Positions 59,220 through 64,000 of a DNA stretch of 64,000 nt are shown in pieces; the first letter of the stretch is position 1; every line of letters begins with the position of its first letter. The notes below the pieces were generated by a model. That model had not been told where the DNA came from. It searched no databases and was given only the letters and a program-made list of their open reading frames with translations. Source of the stretch: a virus (taxonomy: Duplodnaviria; Heunggongvirae; Uroviricota; Caudoviricetes); the IMG/VR virus record IMGVR_UViG_2671180676_000004, positions 1-64,000 of that record; one strand, given 5' to 3'. The translations under genes and the position numbers were made by a program.

Positions 59220-59355
59220 ACCACAAACCGCCAGCGTATTGTTCTGCGATGGAGCTGGGCCTATCTATATCAGCAATAATGATGTGATGACCGAAGAAAC
59301 CGAACGCCAAATCCTTTTTCACAATACGATGGGAGAGAGAGTTTGCGGTTGGTGA
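59140..59355 (+). CDS. o-spanin (Rz1-like lipoprotein), overlapping Rz in another frame
   Basis: Lipobox MISGC after a basic n-region; starts inside the Rz gene and extends past its stop. Confidence 0.5.
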   Translation: MRRAIKYVRKMLLPFIVSCMISGCVIKPQTASVLFCDGAGPIYISNNDVMTEETERQILFHNTMGERVCGW

Positions 59356-59386
59356 TGCGAAGTTCCCCTCACTTGAGGGGAGTACA

Positions 59387-59908
59387 TTATTCTTCGAACA
59401 ATTTTTCGATAGATTTTGTAGGATAGAACAAAGAACGCTCGTTGTTACCAACCAGCTGGATAAAGCCTAAACTTTTATAAAACGCCTTGGCTTTGTCATT
59501 TAACGCCTCAACGAAAAGTCCATGAATGCCTACAGCAAGAGATGCATTGTACACAACGCGCATTGCATGTGTTACAAGCATTGAGCCAAATCCTTGACCT
59601 TGAAGGGACTTGTCCAAAGCCAGCCTACCCAAAGTAACACTTGGAACATTCCGATAAGGTACCTTCTTTTGCTGGCTTCTTGAAGGTAAGGACTCCTTTT
59701 CAAAGCAGCTGCCTGACAAAGTGTAATACCCTAACACTTTTGGTCTGTCTTCTTTCGTGAAAAGCACATAAGCGCGAAGAATTTTTCCCTCATGCTGCCT
59801 TTTTAAGTGGTTGGTTAAAAAGGCATTTAGTGATTCTTCACCGCAATCAAAACCATTCAAATCATAATCTTTCTCTCCAGAGAAAATTTCTATCTTTATA
59901 TTATCCAC
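59387..59908 (-). CDS. GNAT-family tRNA-acetylating toxin (AtaT/ItaT/TacT-like)
   Basis: 173 aa; strong resemblance to remembered AtaT (…DYDL..FDCGEE.LN.FLT.HL.RQH…ILRAY.L…VLGYYTL.GSCFE…LPS.S.QKK.PY.N.PSVTLGRLA.D.SLQGQG…GIHGLFVEALN.KA..FYKSLGF). Confidence 0.8.
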   Translation of the reverse strand: MDNIKIEIFSGEKDYDLNGFDCGEESLNAFLTNHLKRQHEGKILRAYVLFTKEDRPKVLGYYTLSGSCFEKESLPSRSQQKKVPYRNVPSVTLGRLALDKSLQGQGFGSMLVTHAMRVVYNASLAVGIHGLFVEALNDKAKAFYKSLGFIQLVGNNERSLFYPTKSIEKLFEE

Positions 59909-59915
59909 GAGTAAA

Positions 59916-60185
59916 CTACTCCATGCTTTTCAGACGATCAGCAGCTCGTTTCAGCTTGTCGTTCGGTGCCGGAGGATTGCTTATAGCGTCCATAACCAGA
60001 TTCCAGGATTCTTCATTCAGAACTAGTCTACGGTGTTGCTCTATAACTTTCACGGCACGTTCAGATGCACTGCTAACCATAAACTGAGTAATGCTCTGGT
60101 TAGACATTGCGGCAGCTTCCTCGATGATGCTTTTATCGTCATCGGTTAATCTCAAATCGATGCGCTGCTTTTTTAGTGCTGACAT
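59916..60185 (-). CDS. DUF1778 (RHH) antitoxin, AtaR-like
   Basis: …KKQRIDLRLTDDDK…NQS..QFM..SAS.RA..VIEQHRR..LNEESW…NPP.P..KLKRAA.RL; ATG 60185 with SD AGGAGG; 7 nt upstream of the toxin. Confidence 0.8.
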   Translation of the reverse strand: MSALKKQRIDLRLTDDDKSIIEEAAAMSNQSITQFMVSSASERAVKVIEQHRRLVLNEESWNLVMDAISNPPAPNDKLKRAADRLKSME

Positions 60186-60453
60186 GTATTCCTCCTGATG
60201 GCCGTGATGTAGGAAGGCCATCAATCTCCTCTGTTCAAACTGAGTTTTCGACTCAAAAATTACTTTAAAAGGCTATAGCCCATTACGTGTGCATTATCAA
60301 ATTGTGTACGGCATATCACCGTACTTGTAATATAGAGGTCATTGTTACTTTTTTCAACAGACAAATACAAGCTATGATTGCCAATTGTTAATCACAACCT
60401 ACCATTTAACCTTTACACCGCAGCCGTAGGCATTTAGGCTATATCACATATAA

Positions 60454-60468
60454 GAAAACAAGTTGTTT
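60454..60468 (+). promoter_or_regulatory. Motif A palindrome
   Basis: gaaaacaagttgttt, about 35 nt before ATG 60504. Confidence 0.45.
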
Positions 60469-60503
60469 CAGACGATAATTATATACGCAAAGGGAACTCT
60501 CCA

Positions 60504-61172
60504 ATGACCAAGATCTTTGTGGTTGGCGGCACAAAGGGCGGGCCTGGCAAATCCACCGTTGCCCAGCAAATTGCCGTTTGCCTGAAAGTCAAAAAGAAGA
60601 AGAAGGTTTATATTACCGATATAGATATTCAGCGCACGACAACGAGCTGGTGTGAAGACCGTCGACAGAACGAAGACCTTGAGCTGATTCCTTTTGCATA
60701 CGTTCAGGATGACATCATTAAGCACCTAAAATCGCTTCAGGGTAGAGCTGAGTTTGTAGTGGTAGATGCTGGTGGCTTCGACTCCGAAATTCAGCGACAA
60801 GCGATGCTGATGGCTGACGTTATCATTATCCCGCTGCGTCCTAAGCGTCGTGATTTGAAATCTTTACGTGACATCGATCCTATTATCGACAATGTTCGCA
60901 ATGTAAACGATAAAGTGAAGGTCCGCGCGGTCATGAACCAGTGCCCGGCTTTGCCATCACAAGTGTCTCGCATTCTGGCGGCTAAAGAGATTGTCGAGAC
61001 GTTTGGCATCGAGTCTGCGCCAGTCAATCTATATAACCGCAACGTCTACGATGATGCGGAAGAGTCTGGTCGTTCTATCTTCGAAATGACCGGTAGCGAG
61101 CGCGACAAAAAGGCGGAAGCCGAGTTTGAAGAATTTGTAGATTATCTGTTGAGTCTGGAGGAAGAAGAATAA
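60504..61172 (+). CDS. ParA/MinD-family partition ATPase
   Basis: Deviant Walker A GGTKGGPGKST. Confidence 0.75.
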   Translation: MTKIFVVGGTKGGPGKSTVAQQIAVCLKVKKKKKVYITDIDIQRTTTSWCEDRRQNEDLELIPFAYVQDDIIKHLKSLQGRAEFVVVDAGGFDSEIQRQAMLMADVIIIPLRPKRRDLKSLRDIDPIIDNVRNVNDKVKVRAVMNQCPALPSQVSRILAAKEIVETFGIESAPVNLYNRNVYDDAEESGRSIFEMTGSERDKKAEAEFEEFVDYLLSLEEEE

Positions 61173-61531
61173 TGTCCATGAAAATGGGTGACCTAGCAAA
61201 GCGCAAAGAGCCTGATGCACCGGCTAAGAACACAACTCCTTTGCGCCAACCAGTCAGACCACAAGGACGCCCGACTCGTGGCAAAGAGAAAATTAAAAGC
61301 CGCACCATGTCACTGGAAGACGAATACTTCGAGCTTCTGGAAATGATGAAGTTTATCCCTCGTTTCGAGAAGTTCACCCGCTCTGATGTGATTCGTGCTG
61401 CTATTTTCCATCTGGCAGAGAAGTCGCCGCAGGAAATCGAGGATATCGTGAAACTTAACGAGGCGATCACTGCTGCCGACGTCACGATGCGTACCGATGA
61501 AATCAAACGCGAGTTGATGAAGAAAGGTTAA
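61172..61531 (+). CDS. Small partner protein of the ParA-like ATPase
   Basis: 119 aa; basic disordered N-terminus then helical domain; ATG overlaps parA stop. Confidence 0.45.
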   Translation: MSMKMGDLAKRKEPDAPAKNTTPLRQPVRPQGRPTRGKEKIKSRTMSLEDEYFELLEMMKFIPRFEKFTRSDVIRAAIFHLAEKSPQEIEDIVKLNEAITAADVTMRTDEIKRELMKKG

Positions 61532-61538
61532 TTTTATT

Positions 61539-61563
61539 GAGGTGCTGCTTGGCACCTCTTTCT
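61539..61563 (+). terminator. Intrinsic terminator
   Basis: gaggtgc-tgcttg-gcacctc + TTTCT. Confidence 0.7.
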
Positions 61564-61575
61564 ATAGGTTCCCTA

Positions 61576-62295
61576 ATGCTCTACAAATATATTGGAAGTG
61601 AAGATTCGCAAAAAGTGTTACGTAACCTCAAACGGTTTGTAGAGGACGGCACTATCTCTGCTAGCGCACCTTCTTCATTCAACGACCCATCAGAGTTCAA
61701 AGTTTCGATAACGATGGGAGGTACAGAAGTGGAGCGCCGGAAACACTTTGAAGACAATGGATGTAAGGATTTTTCCTTTGAAGACTGGGATGCTGTAGCT
61801 CCTGAAGCTGCAAAATCGTTGGCTGTGGATTTGCGGAAAGAATCATTAGGGGCTTTTGGTGTGGTGTGCTTGTCACCAAACGAAGATAACATCTTGATGT
61901 GGTCACATTACTCAGTGTCGCATAAAGGTTTCTGCATAGGCTTTGATGATGATTTTGTTACCTCTATTGAGGGGTATCACAGCTTTGATAATGTGAAATA
62001 TATACCTTCTGTTCCCGTGTTCGATGAAGTTACAGATGAGTTTAAGGTACTTTTTGATAAGCTCTTTTTCTACAAGCACGAATGCTGGAAATATGAGGAA
62101 GAACAAAGGGTTATTACTAAAAAAATAGGCGCTCAGGCATTTGATAAGAAATATATTAGAGAGATCATTCTTGGACATAACGTTTCTCCTGAAGTAGAAG
62201 AATATGCCCGGACACAGCTAGACACGAGCATCGAGGTTTACAAAATGAGTACACCTGATGATGGTTATCTTCTTGTCAAAGAAAAGCTGAAGTAG
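61576..62295 (+). CDS. DUF2971-like protein
   Basis: Starts MLYKY…; motifs SFNDPSEF and MWSHYS as I recall for DUF2971. Confidence 0.5.
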   Translation: MLYKYIGSEDSQKVLRNLKRFVEDGTISASAPSSFNDPSEFKVSITMGGTEVERRKHFEDNGCKDFSFEDWDAVAPEAAKSLAVDLRKESLGAFGVVCLSPNEDNILMWSHYSVSHKGFCIGFDDDFVTSIEGYHSFDNVKYIPSVPVFDEVTDEFKVLFDKLFFYKHECWKYEEEQRVITKKIGAQAFDKKYIREIILGHNVSPEVEEYARTQLDTSIEVYKMSTPDDGYLLVKEKLK

Positions 62296-62361
62296 CTCCA
62301 GACTTTCCTCAAATGATTATGTTGGGCGCTTTTCTTATTGAACTGGTTAGTGAGGCTAATA

Positions 62362-63534
62362 ATGGATTTGTTCTCAACCAAAATAGCAAAAAACAAGCTG
62401 CACGAATCTTTTAAACAGATTTATCAAGATAATACATATGCTCCAGTAAGAGAAGTGATACAGTCGTGGGGGCGTGGGTTACTGGAGCGTAGCGGTGAGC
62501 AGACTAAATTCGTTAAAGAGTTTCAGACAACCTTCAATTCCGCCTTATGGGAATTGTATCTGAACGAAATGTTTATTCGTCTCGATTATTCTGTCGACTA
62601 CACAAAAGACAGTCCCGATTTCTGTGTTACTACACCGTCAGGCTACCAGTTTAACGTCGAAGCTGTGATATCAGATCGGCCACATAATCCACCTGCAGGT
62701 GCTCTTTTTAGCGAATTAAAATTCAAACATCAATCAACGCTAAAATTAATCGGAAAAATCAAAGACAAACATGATCTTTTTACAGGAGTTAATGGCAAAA
62801 AATTCCCGTACTCTACGATGTCTCATGTAGTTAATAAGCCGTTTGTTCTGGCGCTTGCACCCTTTGACTCCGATTTATCATTGTCTCAAAATAACACAAT
62901 CATCAATCGAGTGTTGTTTGGCATTGAGGAACCTACCACCAGAAATTTGGTGACTGGCAGCCAAACTAAAGTTACCTCAATCAAAAAGAATGAAGACGTT
63001 GAAATTCCATTAGGTATATTTACTAACGACTCATATAAAGAAATAAGTGCGGTTATTTTCTCCACCACCGGCACTTTTGGAAAAGCCGTGGTTCAAAGCG
63101 GTATCGGTAGATATGTAAGGTCAACACGATATCGAGCCATTGATGTGAATGATTTCATCGCCAATGAAGGGATGAAAAACGAGGGAAAGCACACACAAAG
63201 GATAGGACCTGATCATTTCATCACTACATATCGGCATTTTTTAAATAACGAAGTCACTGGTGCGGATATTGTAGTTTGTCATTCCACTGCTCATGAAGAG
63301 ACGCACTTTGACGGCCTTCATATTTACTACAATCCTTTTGCGACAGTGCCACTGGACAGAAATATTTTCTTCCCCCCAGAGATAACTCATAATTTTTACG
63401 ATATGGAAAAAGAACAGTCTGTTCAGAATCATCCTGATGGAGCGCTGGTATCTAGACAGGTTTTTGAACCAACTAGAGCACATTTTAGGTATATCATGAA
63501 ACATTGGTTTCCAGGCTTTCTAAAAGATGTTTAA
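62362..63534 (+). CDS. Hypothetical protein (about 390 aa)
   Basis: ATG 62362 with SD GAGG; track start 62338 is TTG; followed by hairpin H3. Confidence 0.5.
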   Translation: MDLFSTKIAKNKLHESFKQIYQDNTYAPVREVIQSWGRGLLERSGEQTKFVKEFQTTFNSALWELYLNEMFIRLDYSVDYTKDSPDFCVTTPSGYQFNVEAVISDRPHNPPAGALFSELKFKHQSTLKLIGKIKDKHDLFTGVNGKKFPYSTMSHVVNKPFVLALAPFDSDLSLSQNNTIINRVLFGIEEPTTRNLVTGSQTKVTSIKKNEDVEIPLGIFTNDSYKEISAVIFSTTGTFGKAVVQSGIGRYVRSTRYRAIDVNDFIANEGMKNEGKHTQRIGPDHFITTYRHFLNNEVTGADIVVCHSTAHEETHFDGLHIYYNPFATVPLDRNIFFPPEITHNFYDMEKEQSVQNHPDGALVSRQVFEPTRAHFRYIMKHWFPGFLKDV

Positions 63535-63556
63535 GCATCCTGCTGGTTGAATTTGG

Positions 63557-63619
63557 AACCTGCTTCTGTATATAAATACTAAGTTACTTATTATTATTTA
63601 TACGGAAGCAGGTCTTTTT
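63557..63619 (+). terminator. Hairpin H copy 3, intrinsic terminator
   Basis: acctgcttctgtatataaata … tatttatacggaagcaggt, same T·G wobble, then TTTTT. Confidence 0.6.
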
Positions 63620-63700
63620 CTATGCCAACTTCCCAGACACATTCCCTTCCGTTTCCACTTCCAAAAACTGCCACCAGTCGCTATCATCCGCTCATTGCAA

Positions 63701-63720
63701 TAAGTAAGTAACTACCTATC
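63701..63720. repeat. Motif B copy (taagtaagtaactacctatc)
   Basis: Near-identical to the copy at 1718-1737; just upstream of the last partial gene. Confidence 0.5.
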
Positions 63721-63731
63721 TGGTGAGCCAC

Positions 63732-64000
63732 ATGAGCCAAATCTTTTTTGATACCATTGACAACGACCAGTACGACTTCATGACAGAGTGGAATACCGCT
63801 GTTATGGACAAGTGGGTCGCTGAAAACATTGGTTTGTCGCGCTGCAAAGACGAGGCTGAACTCTTCGAGACGAAGTGGTTTGATTACCGCGATATGCATC
63901 CTCTCATGGCCACCTGTCTGTTTACGGAGGCGTACAAACGTCAGTACTCAAATATCATGCTGACGCACGGTCGCGAACACTTTGAAACAGCTCCGTTCAC
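63732..64000 (+). CDS. Hypothetical protein, 5' part (runs off the right edge)
   Basis: ATG 63732; frame open to the window end (MSQIFFDTIDNDQYDFMTEW…). Confidence 0.35.
   Translation, partial: MSQIFFDTIDNDQYDFMTEWNTAVMDKWVAENIGLSRCKDEAELFETKWFDYRDMHPLMATCLFTEAYKRQYSNIMLTHGREHFETAPF

Larger units (their letters stand above)
27623..59355 (+). mobile_element. Phage-derived region: ParB-like operon, siphovirus-type packaging/head/tail genes with lambda-like tail tip, and lysis cassette
   Basis: Canonical gene order TerS-TerL-portal-scaffold-MCP-…-G/GT-TMP-M-L-K-I-J-fibre-holin-lysin-Rz/Rz1; no integrase or att site seen, so integration state and true boundaries are unresolved (may extend from about 16.84 kb to past 63.6 kb). 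Confidence 0.8.

Noticed and set aside
1-64000. tRNA, tmRNA, rRNA, integrase or IS element as an integration landmark
   Set aside because: No tRNA-like T-arm/acceptor pattern, no recombinase or transposase-like ORF and no IS terminal repeats found by eye; a computational scan could still find a small tRNA I missed.

Overview
This 64-kb window looks like an Escherichia-type enterobacterial replicon in which two housekeeping genes, apbC (mrp) and metG, sit between two accessory arms. The left arm (1-13.5 kb) holds an RNase HI paralogue, a TerB-like protein, several unknown genes, a complete type I restriction-modification locus (hsdM-hsdS-hsdR, minus strand), a small hydrophobic peptide and a UmuD'-like protein. 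The right arm (16.8-64 kb) begins with a string of small single-gene units and two iteron-like repeat blocks, then an AT-rich cassette and an SF2 helicase operon. It continues with a five-gene ParB-like/ParB-like/ABC-ATPase/GNAT-like/wHTH operon and a complete siphovirus-type morphogenesis module with a lambda-like M-L-K-I-J tail tip and side tail fibre, followed by a lysis cassette. It ends with an AtaRT-like GNAT/DUF1778 toxin-antitoxin pair, a ParA-like partition pair and DUF2971/unknown cargo. I found no integrase, tRNA, rRNA, IS element or CRISPR array. Three recurring non-coding motif families occur on both sides of apbC-metG: palindrome A (GAAAACAAnTTGTTTT) upstream of at least 10 genes, a GTAAGTA-type palindrome B at module junctions, and a roughly 65-nt hairpin H present three times about 31 kb apart. 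All calls rest on reading the sequence and remembered family signatures; no database search was run.
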